From assembly GCA_029953675.1 (NCBI GenBank), contig JAMWBK010000001.1, positions 3,224,001 to 3,288,000 of the forward strand: DNA of 64,000 nucleotides, in the 5' to 3' direction. The notes beneath the pieces are model-generated. The model was not told where the DNA came from. It did no database searches and saw nothing but the letters and a program-made list of their open reading frames with translations. Shown here in pieces: positions 12,931 to 26,345 of the stretch (the stretch's first letter is position 1; the number at the start of each line of letters is the position of its first letter). Origin of the DNA: Rhodosorus marinus CCMP1338. Lineage: Eukaryota > Plantae > Rhodophyta. A program made the translations under genes and the position numbers.

Positions 12931-14998
12931 CTAATCGCAATCCGCTTTCGTTCCATCGTCCGCGCCGTCTTTCTTGTAAGTTCGCTTTCGCTTAAGCTTT
13001 CTCCACTGCCAATCGCGACTAGCTTGGAAAACAATTGTCTCCACGACATGGCTTAGGTCTGGGTCCCCACCGTCTAACTCTATCTTTGCTTCGTGGATGA
13101 CAAAGTCCCTCTTGTTTTGGCCATCTTCAAAAATGTTTCTAGATGGAAAAGTGGACATCAACATTAGCGACGCCAGTCCTCAAGAACAAGGGAGCTATGT
13201 GGCGGTGGAGTATTTCTTACTTCGATCCGTTGAGGAAATGTTCAAGTTCCTGCCGATCTGTAGTACTCAGCGCGTTCTGATCTGGCCCGAGAATTTGATC
13301 TACATCAATCTCAGGGGCACTCTGAAAATCGGAAGACAAGAAACACACGAAAAAAGTCCTGTTAGCTCGAATTTGCCATGAATCATGCTCCCACTCTCGG
13401 CTGCGGTACCTCGGCGGATGGTTCCTCGACCTGCGGCTCCTTCTCCGCATCAGTAGTTTTGTCATCCCTCGCGTCGGTAGTGTTTTCATCCTTAGCTTCG
13501 GTAGTGTTTTCATCATCCTTAGCTTCGGTAGTGTTTTCATCCTTAGCGTTGGTAGTGTTTGCACTACTAGTTTCCGCCGATTTGTCATTCCTTTGTAGTT
13601 TCCGCGTCCGACCCGCCAACGTTCGAGTACCCTGAGAGGAATACAGTTCCTTGCGCTAAGAGCGATTGAAGAAATGACCAAGTTGACGATGTAGGGGCGG
13701 CGGGGGCTTTTCCACTGGGCTGTGGCGTTTGTGCTTACCGATGACTTTCGTTTGAGCTGTCGATCATTCTCATCGTTTTCAACATCTTGAACCTTCGGTG
13801 TTCGAGCTCCCTTACTAGGGCCGTCAAGTTCTTTCGCGTCCTTTTTGCTATCACTGGCCCTACTGGAGAGCTTGGAACTTTTCCTATAAAGAAGGAGCAC
13901 ATTTCAAAAGGTCACGAGGCACACATTGTTAGGCTAGCAACCTGGTAGTGAGCATCACGGCCACCGCAAAAGTGAATGATTCGGGGGTCTTGACCAGACA
14001 GGTGGAGCAAGCCGTTCTAGCAAATATTAGATGTGATTGCTAACCTTTTCAACATCTCCTGCTCCTTCTTCTCTTCACGCTCTCGCCGTCTTTCCTCCAT
14101 CTCATGCCTCCTCTTCTCAGCTTGCAGTTCCTTTTCTTTCTTCTTCTCCGCGTCCCTTATCAAGGTTGCGCCTAGACTGTCGGGATCCATTGCCATGTTG
14201 TCGTCCTCCATGAGCATCTTTGGTCTTTTGGCACTGGCACTCGTCAACTTGCTCTTGAAGCTGTTTGACCTCGCGAGGGAGCCTTTCCTGTGAACATTAT
14301 CCACTCTCTGCAGACCTTCCTTCTTATGCAAGGAATCCAGCTTGGGCAGCTTGGAAAGCGGCTTCAAAGATGGCCTCCGCATCATCGTGTCGGGGCTTGG
14401 CCTACTTGAAACAAACGGGCTGCGCTGTTGAGTAGACTCTTGAATACGCAGGAGGTCTGATCTCCGGTATTCTGGTCGAATCTTAAAATCCTGCTCCTCC
14501 GCTGGAACTTCGACGGCCTTCTTGTTAATCGTAGATACATATTTGTCCGTCAGCGGGTGCACAGGTTTGGACGAACTTGCAATCTGCAACTCATTCTGCG
14601 GAATCAACAACCCGTTAGCAGAGAGCTCGATCTTCGAAGGTCAGAATAGAGAATTGGGTAGAAATTCTCACCAACTTATTCAGGGAGGTCTTTATTTCCG
14701 GGCCAATGGAACCTTCGACTGACAGAGATTCCGCTACAGCGCACTCCCACTTACCCCAGTCATTGAAGCTCTTAAAATTGTCCAAGAGCTCCGGACCCTT
14801 CTCTGGGCTCTGGGACAAGCCTATTGCGATCAAGGCTCTCGATCGAGCGGTCACTTGCTTCATCTTATGAACTGAGTCCAATCTATCTTCAGCAAGCTTG
14901 TGCCGTACCTCCTCAAGCCGCTTCCCATCCCCTAATATCCCAGGTACAGACCAAGAAAGGGATATCAAATCCCCCCAAGCACCTCCATCTCGCACCAT
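12931..14998 (-). CDS. NELFA: Negative elongation factor A (NELF-A/WHSC2)-like protein (multi-exon)
   Basis: Colinear resemblance to NELF-A blocks as I recall them: DWGKWECAVAESL, VHPLTDKYVSTINKKAV...DFKIRPEYRRSDLLR, RPKMLMEDD, and the C-terminal NALSTTDRQELEHFLNGSK...VVETIVFQASRDWQWRKLKRKR. The last two introns (GTGGGA..TTTCAG, GTAAGA..ATCTAG) keep the frame. Recognised by eye only. Confidence 0.65.
13451..13562. repeat. Coding tandem repeat of 24-27 bp units (about 4.5 copies) encoding (D)ENTTEAKD in the NELF-A-like linker
   Basis: Repeated GGTAGTGTTTTCATC(ATC)CTTAGCTTC on the plus strand; the minus frame reads AKDENTTEAKDDENTTEAKDENTTDARDDKTTD. Confidence 0.9.
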
Positions 14999-17631
14999 GG
15001 CTCTAGCAATCCCTCAGTACTCACCGAAAACCAGATTCGAAGTCGAGCAAAAGAACGACCACAAGCACGAAAAACCCCTACGTCCAAACATACACCTTGT
15101 GCATCTCCACGAAGTCAAGACATCCTTGGATGATGAATATCCTATAACCCCAAACCCGAGGTCCTATTAGGTGCTAGCCTACGTATTTGCAATGTTTCAC
15201 CTCAGCTCTCCCTCCACACCCGACCAGCACATACCTCCATTTCAGAACATAAAGAGCGCCATTATATTATGAGCCCGCCTTACGATTCGTTTTTTGATCC
15301 CAAACAGCGAACAAGCAAAAAAATCCGCTATAACAACAGCATCTTCCTGGCCAAAAACAGAGGACTCAAACATGACCAATTTGCCAACAAGTCCGGAACC
15401 CCACCCCCCCCGCCCTACCCCTACCCCCCTCTCCAAATGAGCTCTGCTTTTTCTAAGTTTTCTTACATTCTTTCCTCCCCATTTTCAAGGATTCTCTTAG
15501 GTGCATACCAGAAGAATTCTAGGGAGGGGAGAGATCTAAGCTGAACCGTTTTTTTGAATAACGTAATTTTCTGCCCATTTTTGGATTCTGAGTTGGTTAG
15601 CTGAACAAGACGTAGCTGTCATCTCAGATCTTTGATCTACTATGGGAATGATGAGAGGACAGCTCTCTAGTGGAGCCCATGCGGACATGTGGTAAAATAG
15701 CTGTCCGCATTTAGTTGTTATGGATAGGGGTGCTCCTACTCACGGATTGGTTTGCCTTGTGCAGAGCCTGTAAGAAGCTCAGTGCTACTGTCCTAACATT
15801 GCTTCGGCGATGCGCGACCTGCATCAAGCGCGTCCAGACAACGCGTTCGTCTGTAGAAACAGGCGAGTCTGGAGCTACTTGAAGTGGACACTTCACAACT
15901 GATATGGCTGAGCAGCAGTGACGGCAATGAACGGGATGGAACTAAGCTTGTGGCTGGTAAACATCTTCTAGATAGGCAGAAATACTGTTCCAGTAGTGGG
16001 GTGATGCCGAGTAAACGCTGCGGTTACCTCCAACTCGTTGTTCACCGCTGCCTGTTCAGTTGGGAAGTCTAGGATTGCTCAGCCCAGTGGCTGAATGCTA
16101 TATCACGCAGCCTCAGGTTTCGAAGAAAATGAGGCGGCTGTTTCTAAGAGTAGGCTCTGGCGGAAGTAGCTTCAAGCCAGGAACTGTATCTCCCATGGGA
16201 ACGTGGGACTCTGATGGTTGTAGGACTAGATCAACTGTTACCTTTGGTGCTCTGCCACTGCCGCGGGTAGCAGTTGGAATCGGAAATAAAGCTGTACGTG
16301 ACCTTCAGATAACATCCACACGTTGTGCACTCTGAAGAAAGTACTGAGCGATCACTTGTCTCCGGGCACAATGGCAATTCATTCACGGAAAAGCAGTATG
16401 ATCAGCGCTGCCATGACATAGCCTGGCGGCTCCAGTGTGAATTGTCCTCAGCTTCTGCAAACGACCCGGAGAATCAACGCTGACGACATCCTGGCATGCT
16501 CTTGGTCAACGCAGAGAGCAGCTGAAACGAACAGCATGACACTATCTCATGACTGCTGAGAAACCTAGAAATCAAAGAACGTTTCTGGGTGACACGAAAA
16601 AGTCACCAGCTTGCCACACACCAAGCGCCCTACCTGGCAGGAAGGTATCTCAAGCAATCGACAAGAAAGTGTCAATCGACACCGCCCACACCAAAAGACC
16701 ATTCAAAAAAAAAAAAAAGATCAAAAATATATTCAACTTCCAAATTATGCAGCAACCCTTCATGAAGAACAGAATACCAGGATATGTTTGTGACATATTC
16801 ATGATTTGAATTTTTGTTTTCCTTTATTTATACCAAATCAGACAGTTTAAGACCAATTCTTACATGTGATTACAGTAGTGTAAATGAATTACTAAAGAAA
16901 AAATAGAATCTGACGAACTGAGCAAATAGATTGATACGCTCAACACTTTAAGTAGCAAACAAAAAATGTGGCTGCCCCAGAAAATGGGTTTATTTTTGTT
17001 AAAATATTGAATTTCGGCTTGTTTCGTGCGGGGGGGGGTCCACAATAGTCATATGACTTTTTGCGAAACTCCTCCGCTCAGAGAGTTTGGGAAGGAGGAT
17101 GGTGGAAGGTGTTTGACGTGCAGGGCCGAAGGAGTTTGAATGCACGCTAGAGACAACGTTTTCTGAGAGCATCGACAAAGGTCATGAAGATACAGTGAAA
17201 GGGAGCAGGTACAAAGGCTTGTATACGAATGACCTAGGCTGAATTCAGTCTTTTCTGGCTCTAGTTCTCTTGGTTTCCGAACCCCGCGCGCTGCCTTGAG
17301 GTTGCAGGGATAGCTGTTTGGGAAGTTGTGTGAATGGTAGACTAAGGAGAGATTCTTGGTCAACTTTGAGTTGTGTTCTAACGTGGTGGGCCCCAGGGGG
17401 AATTGGAGCAGCTTTCGAAGCCGATGGTAGTGGAGATCCGAGCTCCAGGGCCCGGGTGGGGGGGGGGGAGGGAGTGAGGCGGGCTTGGGGCAGCCCGCAT
17501 ATGTTAGACAGTATTGCTCAGCCCCGGTGGTAGTCATGCGGAAAGGTTGAAATTTAACATCCCGATAGTGAACTTATTAGGCGATTCAGAGGGAGAGTTG
17601 AAGACGGAGGGTTTATCTAGATTTAAGCATT

Positions 17632-20135
17632 ATGGGTATCAAGTGGGTCGAGTTTATGCGTCAAATCTTCACTGGGAATATGAAAAATGAGAGCGAAGTG
17701 GCAACATCAGAAAAGGATGATAATATAGACGCCTATTTGAGGGGAAAAGCTGAGGATGTCAAAGAAGGGAGGCTCGATATCGGTGCGCTAATGCTTGAGC
17801 TGTACGATGTGCCTCAGTACCCAAACGATGAGACAATAGGCGCACTAGTAGCTGTCATGACAACTCGTAACCGCCAAAAGGTATCTGCTCACTGTACCCA
17901 GCCCGCATGAGTTGAGACTCGCATTGCTAAAGCTTGCATCGGATCTTTGGTTTGTTTTTGCTCAGTCTCTTTTGAAGCTGCTAGTTGGTCCGAAAGAAGA
18001 GTTGACCGGGACTGGGCTTAGTGAGGAGTACCAGATTATGCATGTTATATCCTTCACTTACTCAATAATGCCGCAATTCAGGCGAAACTTGCTCGTTGAC
18101 AAAGACCTCTGTTCAATCCTCTTCGATTATTTTGAAACAAAAAGCCAGCTTGGAACGAAACAGACGACGTATGTCACGGACGTGCTATTGGCGATGCTGA
18201 GGGAACACTTTGTAAGTAGCGGTGTCGATCCATTGCGAGTGGCTCTACTTTTATGCTAACGAGTGGGTTCTGGGAACTATGACAATGCGAAGGATCTCAT
18301 ACTTCCTACGCTGGTCAAATTTCCAACATTTATCGTCAGCTTGTTGAGGCATGTCTCTCATTTCGGAGTGCAAGAGTTTTTGATGCAACTGGTGACACTG
18401 CAAGGAGTTGAGGACACATCAGACCTGAAAAGGGATCGCATAGGGGCCCTCTTTCTAATTCTGGAAACGTCTCAGTTTTTCCGTGCAGTGCACAGGCGAA
18501 TAGTGGATTCAATTAAGTGTTATGGAACTGATGTCCTTGCAAACATGTCCTTGGAGAGTTTAGTGCGGATTGAGGACGGGCTTTACAGTATGGACCTTAG
18601 GCTTCCCGTCGGGTGCCATTCCATTGAAGAAGCCAGTAGGATCAATCCTTTGTTGCACCATGAGCATGTTTCGGAGCTCCTGGAGCTTTCAAAGGGCCAA
18701 CTAGAGGTGAGCGTTAGTGACCGGTGCCAGCTGACATGGGTGTCTACTCTTTGGTTGCTAACTTTTTGTTCCCGTTTCTACGTAGACGAGCGAGGAACCT
18801 CTGATACTTACCCTGAATCAGGTTATGGAGATATCGGTCAAAACTTTTATCATGAAGAGAAGCTTAACCGAAGCTGGAGCCAAACCTTTCCCCCCCAACC
18901 ACCCCTTAGATTCAAGCGGATTGGAGAAAACGATGGTGAATTTTACGCCTGATCTGCTTCATTTGCTGACTGGTGCGAGGGACAAATCGCTTCAAGCGCG
19001 TGAGCGTGGTGAGCCGCAGCCACGTTTTGGAAGGCTCCGTATTAAGATATTGGAGTACTTTGCAACCTGTTTCAAAACTTTCACCAAGGTCAGTGTGCGT
19101 CTATGGAATCGTCTTGGGACCTCTCTGGGAATGAGGAATAAGTCGTTTCTATGCAATGTGCAGTTGCGCGGGGATTTCTCCGTGCAGCTTGCTCAGTTTC
19201 CCACGACATCTGTTTACCAACGTTGCAGGATTCCAGGATGGCTTTGTATAAGATGAAAGTTGCGGGGGTTCTGTTCAGTCTCATTGAAGCATATCCAGCA
19301 AACACCATTCTTCATCAGTTGGTCGCATCATCGATGGAAGCCTCTGTATCTCCGCAGCGAAAATCTGGGCTCAAAGCGTGGTTGAAGGAGTTTTCTACGC
19401 TGCGACGGATCCTGGATGTTTGGAAGGAGGAGGGCGATCGGGTGAGGAAAACGCTCCTGCAGGTTGTCAGTGGCATTTGTCAATTCAGCACACTCACCGG
19501 TTACCCTCCAAATCATTGATTGTCTCCAGTTCTTCGAGGATGCTTTGGTACCTACGTATCTGAGCATCTACGTACAGATGGCATTGTATGTGAAAAAAGT
19601 GATAGAGTGTCCGGGGGTGGACAAAAACAGGCTCCTGGGGGATGAACTCGAAAAAGATTTTGACAAGTTCTGTGTAGAGGTGCTCGCCAAGGTGGTTGAA
19701 ATGAGGGCAAAACCCGAAGGAACTCCGGAGTATATACAAAACCCGCGTGCAGATGCGCTTTTCAGAAGGACCTCAACTGCACCCTTGTTTCGCCCATCGC
19801 CACCTGCTGGCAGCGAAGTGGCGTCCACGCGTGAAGTACCTGGCATCGACGAGGAGCCCAAGAAGGTTGAGAGTACGGGAGAAGCAAACCCACTTGCGCT
19901 CAATGTGGAAGAAACGTCGACCGTCAACGGGAAAGCAGACCCCGCACTTTGGCCGCCCAAAGTGGACTCTCTGGATATCACCATGCTAGTGAAGCCGTCA
20001 GACGGAACTTCTGGACGACCTCCGAAGGGACCCTCGAGGAGTCCAACTAGCGTACCCCAGGGAGTTGTACCTCGAGAGCCTCGAAAAGTAGTCTCCAATG
20101 ACCTGAATAGCTCGACGAGTAAGGCCAACACGTGA
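17632..20135 (+). CDS. PPP6R: SIT4-associated protein / PP6 regulatory subunit (SAPS domain), multi-exon
   Basis: Exonic segments LMLELYDVPQYPNDE, LLRHVSHFGVQEFLMQLV, QPRFGRLRIKILEYFA, GVLFSLIEAYPANTILHQLV and a Pro/Ser-rich tail fit the SAPS architecture. Confidence 0.75.
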
Positions 20136-20695
20136 TACCACGAGCGAGGGAGTGACATCATAATTGAAAGAATGCGCGCAAGACGCGTGCAAGAGATGAA
20201 CCGATCCATGCGGGCGTCCTTGCGAGTTGTTCATGACTGATACCAAGTAACAAGGAATATTTGCAATTTGCGCCTGTGGTATTATCGGAATCTGCCCTCT
20301 CCCAGGCGGAGGAATCGACCCTTGCCTCTTTGTGCTCGTCCAAAACGGAGCGGCCCTGGCCTCGAGCAGTTGCGAAGCTGTTGATTGAAAGGGAGCGAGG
20401 GCGTGTCCTTGTGTAAAGAGAACTTTTGGGGCCTCCTAAGAGACTTGTTGAGAGTCTTAACCTCAATTTCTTTTCGAAAGCTAAAACGCGTGGATGTGGA
20501 CGTCCCTCGTCCGGTGAATGAATCTTGTACGGAAAACCGTTGCACAGACTAGGGTTGGCTTTCTAAGGTTTTGCAACATTCTGGGGAGTTTGTACTCTAT
20601 GAAAAGTGTTTTCATCCTACTAGACCTAGACAACGTTGCACCTTGCGCAAGGTGGGTCAATATTCTAGGATTAAAAACTACCGGATTGCGATTGT

Positions 20696-21544
20696 TCATC
20701 TCGGTGGACCGACGTTCCTCCGCTTAAAGGGCCTCTCCTCTAGATTGTTTGAGACAAGCGATCGGAGGTCAGAGGTGGTAGCGATGAGACTCTCCTGCTC
20801 GTCCCAATCCGACAGAAAATTAGTACTCTCAAAGGCTTCCGTTATAAGCGATCGTCGTATTGGACATAGCCCACTTTTCTCCATCTCCTGAAACAAAGCA
20901 AACGCGCAGAAGCGACGTCTTTTAGACTTTTCTGAAATCGAGCGAGGACATGCGGTGCATCTCCACCGACCGACTTGTACGCTAAGATTTCAGTGTCTTT
21001 TGCGAGGAGCAGTCGAAATAGTTTGTCTCTCTGGCTCGTAAGCGCTGACTGTACGTCAAGCAAGGGTTGGACGAGCTCATCCCTGACCACTACTTGGCTG
21101 AGCTCAGGGGAAGCCGGCTGGAGGACGAAAACCCATTCGAACTGGATCCCGTCCATTTCTGCAGTGAATTTGATTTTCAATTTTCTCCTTTCCTTGCCAT
21201 TGTGTACTTCCTCTATTCTTGGGTCAGCCCGGTCCACCAGGCTTTGCACTTCCAAGAGCACATCGTGGTCCGTCACACTTTCCTCGCCCGGATAGTGGGA
21301 CTGGCCACGCACAAAGTACGTTCTGTTCATTCAGACAATAATGCTCTACGTACGAGGTGTTGGTTGTTTGGGACGGTATTACCTCTCGTTGCTGTCTAAA
21401 CCCCACCCCATCGACGTCGCAAGTGAATACCGTACCGAAGTCTGTCGCAACCACTCGATACGGCAACTCAGCTAGTTCGAACTTGGCTATGAATCCTTTC
21501 TCGATACGTCGCCACCTTGACGCTACAGGCTTGGAGTCGCTCAT
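20696..21544 (-). CDS. NHEJ1: XRCC4-like factor (XLF/Cernunnos/Nej1) family protein; C-terminal end uncertain (may splice on to about 20282)
   Basis: IQFEWVFVLQPASPELSQVVVRDELVQPLLDVQSALTSQRDKLFRLLLAKDTEILAYKSVG parallels the XLF head-to-coiled-coil region (FxWxF...LIRPL...L..KDxEIxxY). Intron of about 21301-21382 (GTAATA..GGCCAG) is in phase. Confidence 0.7.
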
Positions 21545-22098
21545 CTGTCATTTAGCTCCCACGCGCGCAGCTATTAACCGTGGTCGGCAGAGTTCGTCCT
21601 TAATCCAGCATGACTCTCCGGCCAAAAGCAGAACCGAATTGGGAGCTGACGGTTCCTAGTCGGCTGTAGAATGACGTCACACATCCGCTCAATAAGAACG
21701 ATTCCTTCAACATTCAGTGGAGTCATCAAGCTAACGGAATTGTTTAGGGAAAAGCGAAGACGTTTTCACCACCTCCAGCGGTCCGAAGCTCTGACGACAA
21801 CGGGTGCATAGAAAGTAGGTGATTGGTCAACTGTCATCCTAAAATAGTAACTAAGTATATTAATTGGATAATAATATTACTAAGTGAGCTTATTAACCAA
21901 ATAAATTGGACTACAATATAAACTTGAGCGGTGGTTGGTTAAAGGGAATTAATAAGGAACAACGGGCGCTTACGAGGACACCGACCGATACATGTATCGG
22001 GTTTGCTCAGTAGCCAGCAGAAGGATTGGTGTGAGTCGACTGAGGCTATAGGAGTGGAGATTTAGAATAAAAGTCTGAATTTTTGAGTTTGCTAGAAC

Positions 22099-25000
22099 AT
22101 GGCAAAATCAGTGGGAACGAGGAGGAGTAGTGGAGGACGGACGACCAAGAAGAAGTCATCAGGTGTGCCAGAATTGGAATTGCAAACTCTGGCAGAAGAT
22201 TCGGTTCGATTGTTTTGATGTTTGTTTTCTTCGTTTTGCAGGTTTTTGCTGAATTTAAACATAAGTCTTCACTGTCGTCGTGTCCATTCTTTAGATGAAC
22301 AGAAAACAAGGGCTGAAATGAAAGTGGATATGGATCCCGAAGAGCTCGAGCATCCAGAGATTTCCGGTACGGAAGGCCCCTGAAAGTCATGAGTGTTTCT
22401 TGGACGTCGTTCTTCCGTCTCAGCGCCCGTTGCTGTTTTCTCTGTCTGGCTTCAGGAGAATTTATTGATCCGGATGAATTCTTCAGCAAGGAAAAGAAGA
22501 ATCGTCGCAATGAGCGTCGCGACAAGGGAAAACAGAAGAGGGCTCAGAATAAGAAACCTGGAGCGCCCAAAGCAACTGCAGAGGATCGAAAGCTTGTAGC
22601 AGATGAGGACTTCGTCCAGGGGCGCTGGTTTGAGTGCATGCCAGAGTGGAGTCAGACCGAGGATGGTAGGATGCTGCAGTACGTTCGACATGGTTCCCTG
22701 GAAGTATTGCAGGAGCTCAAACATTGGACCAATTCAAAACCCTCCAGGCACGGTGATGACAACAGAAGAAGAGGAGTCAGCCAAGCAGCTTCTGGGAAAA
22801 GCTCGAGAAGTATATGACAAACGGTTCAGTGAACAAGCGTCGCGCAATGCGTCTTTCGCGCAAGGCACCATCCAGGATCAAATCTCTGCTCTAACATTGT
22901 CGATACAGGAGTCTCCTGTTCATCATCTGGACGAGCTACTGAAGCTCCTGAACTACTGTTCAAAGAAGGTAGAGCGAACACGAATGCTAAGTTCGATAGC
23001 CGGGCCATGTGCTCCAAGATTCTAAACACCTGGGTGATCGCATCCAAATTCTTTCTCCCGCCGCACGCAGTCTGCGAGGGTCAAACACTTGGCCGTCCTC
23101 GCGTTCCAGGATCTGCTCCTTAATGACCTCTTGCCGGACAGACCGCTGAAGTCGTTTCAGTCTAGGACCGGTCCTAGTACTCGTCAGGGCCTCTCAAATA
23201 GACACTTGCTGTACGCCTACTTTGAGTCTGTACGTATTGCATTTCTCGCTCCGTAGCTTCGATTGTGCTGGCAATTCTTCCGACCCATGTCATGGATTGC
23301 CCGTGTATGCTTAGAGCGAAGATGTTATCCTTCTGGGGATGGTGGTGTTGTTTAGCACACAGAGGGAAATATCACAACGCTTATGCCGAAAAGCTCTATC
23401 TATCCTTCTTCGGTCCAGGAGCTGAAGAAGGCAGTTTCGAAGTTCGTTGAAATCGTCCGACTGGAGTCACTGGAAGGAGTTCCACATATGAGAACGAGCG
23501 CGGTAATGAAATCTCGTTCTCCGCTTAGACCATCGCTACCCGAAGAAACTTGACTTCACAAGGGCTCTTAATTGTGCCGTTGGCTTCTTTCTGCTCCGCG
23601 TTTTCAATGCATTTGTTCTAGATTGGTATTGCATACAACGTGCTTGTGGACAAGCCTGAAGGAGAGAGACTTCTTCTGGGTATCGTTGTTAACAAAATTG
23701 GTGACCCTGAGAGGAAGGTCGCCACCAAGGCAATCTATTCACTTCAGAAGCTTCTGGAGAGGCACCCAGCCATGAAGTCGATCGTTTTGTCGTACGTCCT
23801 TCTCGAGAGTTCTCAAGATCGTCAAACAGTCTGATCTATGTGGATGAGAGCATTGAACAAAAGCACTCCTCCTAACACGCCTCTTGTCCTGCCCGCGTTA
23901 CAGTCAGGTCGAAGAGTTGGTCTTCAGGAAGAACGTGAAAAGGCGCACTCAGTACTACGCTATCACTTTCATGAACCAGGTTCAATTCTCGGAGAGGTGA
24001 GTGGACAGGGTCGTTCTAGTTTTTTAAATGCTACTACTTCGCCATCGTGCCCGGAGACAAAAAGATCGTCTCCCTCGAGCTGAAAACTTGTTGAGCCCGG
24101 CTGACTGCATGACCATGTGTATTCTCATCTCCAGCGATATTGTATTGTCGAGGTCGATGATAAATACGTACTTGACGCTCTTCAACAAACTTACCTTGGA
24201 TGCAGACGAGATAGATCTGGATGTATACGAGAGCAAGCTTGTCGCATCGATCCTTGTTGGTAGGACGAAAAACGACCAACCTTCACACCATGTTTTCTAT
24301 GAAATGCTGACTCAACAACTGTGCTGCGGAACAATCAGGAGTCAATCGCGCGTTTCCGTACTCAAATGCTGAGGTCGATTCATTGTATGATACGTCCCAG
24401 TTCGAGGTGCTGTTTCGGGTAAGAGGCTAGCCACAGGGCGTATGAGACTTGGTTTCCGTCCTGCTTGCTGAGTAGGAGGGTAATACGCAAACAGGTTTCA
24501 CACGCGCGCTCTTTTCGATCGTCAACGCAGGCCTTTGCGTTGCTGCAGCAAGTTGCTGCCTCACGAGAGTCCATGTCCGACCGATTTCATCGAGCCTTGT
24601 ATGCAAAACTCTCTAGCCCGGAGCTGAGAGAGGCCAAGAACCCCAGCGCCTTTCTGAATATCGTGTACAAAGCGATGAAGAATGATACCAAGGTGCGGCG
24701 TTCCTCGCTTCGTCAGTTTGCGTCCTCTAACGACAATTCCGAGATGCAGAAGTCTAACTTTCGATGTCACCAAACACATGTCAAATATCAGATTCCGCGC
24801 GTCCAGGCTTTTGCCAAGCGCTTGCTCCAGGTACCGCTTGAGATACTCATGGGGATTACCCAGCAGCTCATTTGTGCTTTCAGTAGCCTACTAAATTGCT
24901 GTCAACTGTTTTCGCATCTGCTGCAGGTCGCTCTAAATTCGTCGCCGGGGTTTGCCAGTGGTTCTTTATCCATTGTATCCAAGGGCGTTCTCGAAAGTCG

Positions 25001-26345
25001 CGCTGGGACTCTACAGTCCTTCATCAACCTCCCAGAAGCAGAGAATGAGATCGAGAACTTTGTGGACGTTGAGACGGATGCGGACAAGGGCGGCCAGGAT
25101 CCGAATTCAGGGAAGATTCCAATGCTGGAGGACCCCTACGATCCCACTAGTCGGGATCCACTCCATTGCTGTGCGGAGAAATCATCGCTATGGGAACTTT
25201 GTGTTTTGAACCAGCACTTTCACCCAACAGTTAAGAAGTATGCCGAAGACCTTCTCGTGAAAGAGAAGAGCATTCAAAGCTTGGGTAAGACAAGTTCATG
25301 GAGTCGGCCTTCAATGCTTTGTACCTATTGCCTAAGCATGGAGCCGTTGGACTGTGCCTTTATCTAGGAAACCCCCTGCTAGACTACTCGTTGCTTGCGT
25401 TTCTTGACCGATTCGTTTATAAGAAACCTAAGAGACATGTGTCTGTCTCGCTTCATGAGAAGGGGGAACGGTCCGGGGATAGCAGACCCCTGGCAAACTC
25501 TCCTGGTTTCAGAAAGATGGCAGAGGCCGGTGAAGTCGCTGAAGACGATAAATTCTATTTGAGGTAGGCTCCTCTCCTGTTGACAAGGCTTGCAGCCGAC
25601 CTGTCCTATGTACAAGTGGCTACACAATACCGATGATCAAGCGCGAAACCTGACTGGTCGAATTTCCTGATGCAGGTATTTTGAGGACAGATGGTCCAGG
25701 CAACCAGAAGCTGACGATGTGGATCTAGGCAGTGAAGATGAAGACCTGGATGAGGAGGAAGAAATAGATCGGGCGTTCGAGGAGGCGATGAGGGAGGAGC
25801 ATAGGATGGCCAAAGGCTCTGATGATGATGAAAGCAGTCTCGATGAGGATGCGTTCAAGGTGGGGGTTTTGAGATTGAGGCTCAATAGATGACCGAATTT
25901 GTCCAGCGCTTGAGCTAATTGAGAGAGAGCACTAGGGCCTTCCTGCGATTCGCTTTGTGTTCTAACATCAAACTTCCTTTTACAGGCCGCCATGAAGGAG
26001 TACGAGAAGAACCACCCAGACGGCCAAGACGGGGACAACCTCTTGACTGGAATGCCGATCAGCGATCCCTCTGATGACGAAGAGCTCTCGGTGGACAAGT
26101 TAGAAGAACAGCTTGAAGACCAAGATTATGAGGAAGAGAAGACAAAATCAAAACGGAAGAAGCAAAAGATGTCGGTGTTTGCGTCAGCCGACGACTACAC
26201 AGAGGCAGTGGACTCGATCATGGCATTGGAGAGGGAGCAGATGAGTGATGAAGAGGACGGGCGCAAACGGACCTTACGTCCAAACGGGAAAAATCGAAAG
26301 CGGGAGAGGACTAGGGTCAGTACAACGTTTGAAGGCGAAAACTAA
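22099..26345 (+). CDS. CEBPZ: CCAAT/enhancer-binding protein zeta / Mak21 (Noc1) ribosome biogenesis factor, many exons
   Basis: GTIQDQISALTLSIQESPVHHL, FQDLLLNDLLPDRPL, DKPEGERLLLGIVVNKIGDPERKVATKA, DRFHRALYAKL, SSLWEL..L.QHFHPTV, DYSLLAFLDRFVYKKPK and the acidic tail SVFASADDY. ATG placed at 22099 (MAKSVGTRRSS) with in-phase introns. Confidence 0.93.

Noticed and set aside
15679-15710. 9-bp stem hairpin ATGCGGACA..TGTCCGCAT
   Set aside because: Chance-level length with a long loop.
15700-16550. Possible minus-strand spliced gene or pseudogene (several GT donors, CTTCGC peptide)
   Set aside because: All frames contain stops and no consistent exon chain or family could be built; kept only as an orphan-leader site.
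17440-17495. G-run clusters (also about 5498, 15400, 41960) as G-quadruplexes or telomeric seeds
   Set aside because: No regular repeat unit; run lengths may be homopolymer errors and fit the general G-skewed leader pattern.
21985-22000. 16-bp perfect palindrome CCGATACATGTATCGG upstream of CEBPZ
   Set aside because: An 8+8 palindrome is at chance frequency for this window, with no second copy.
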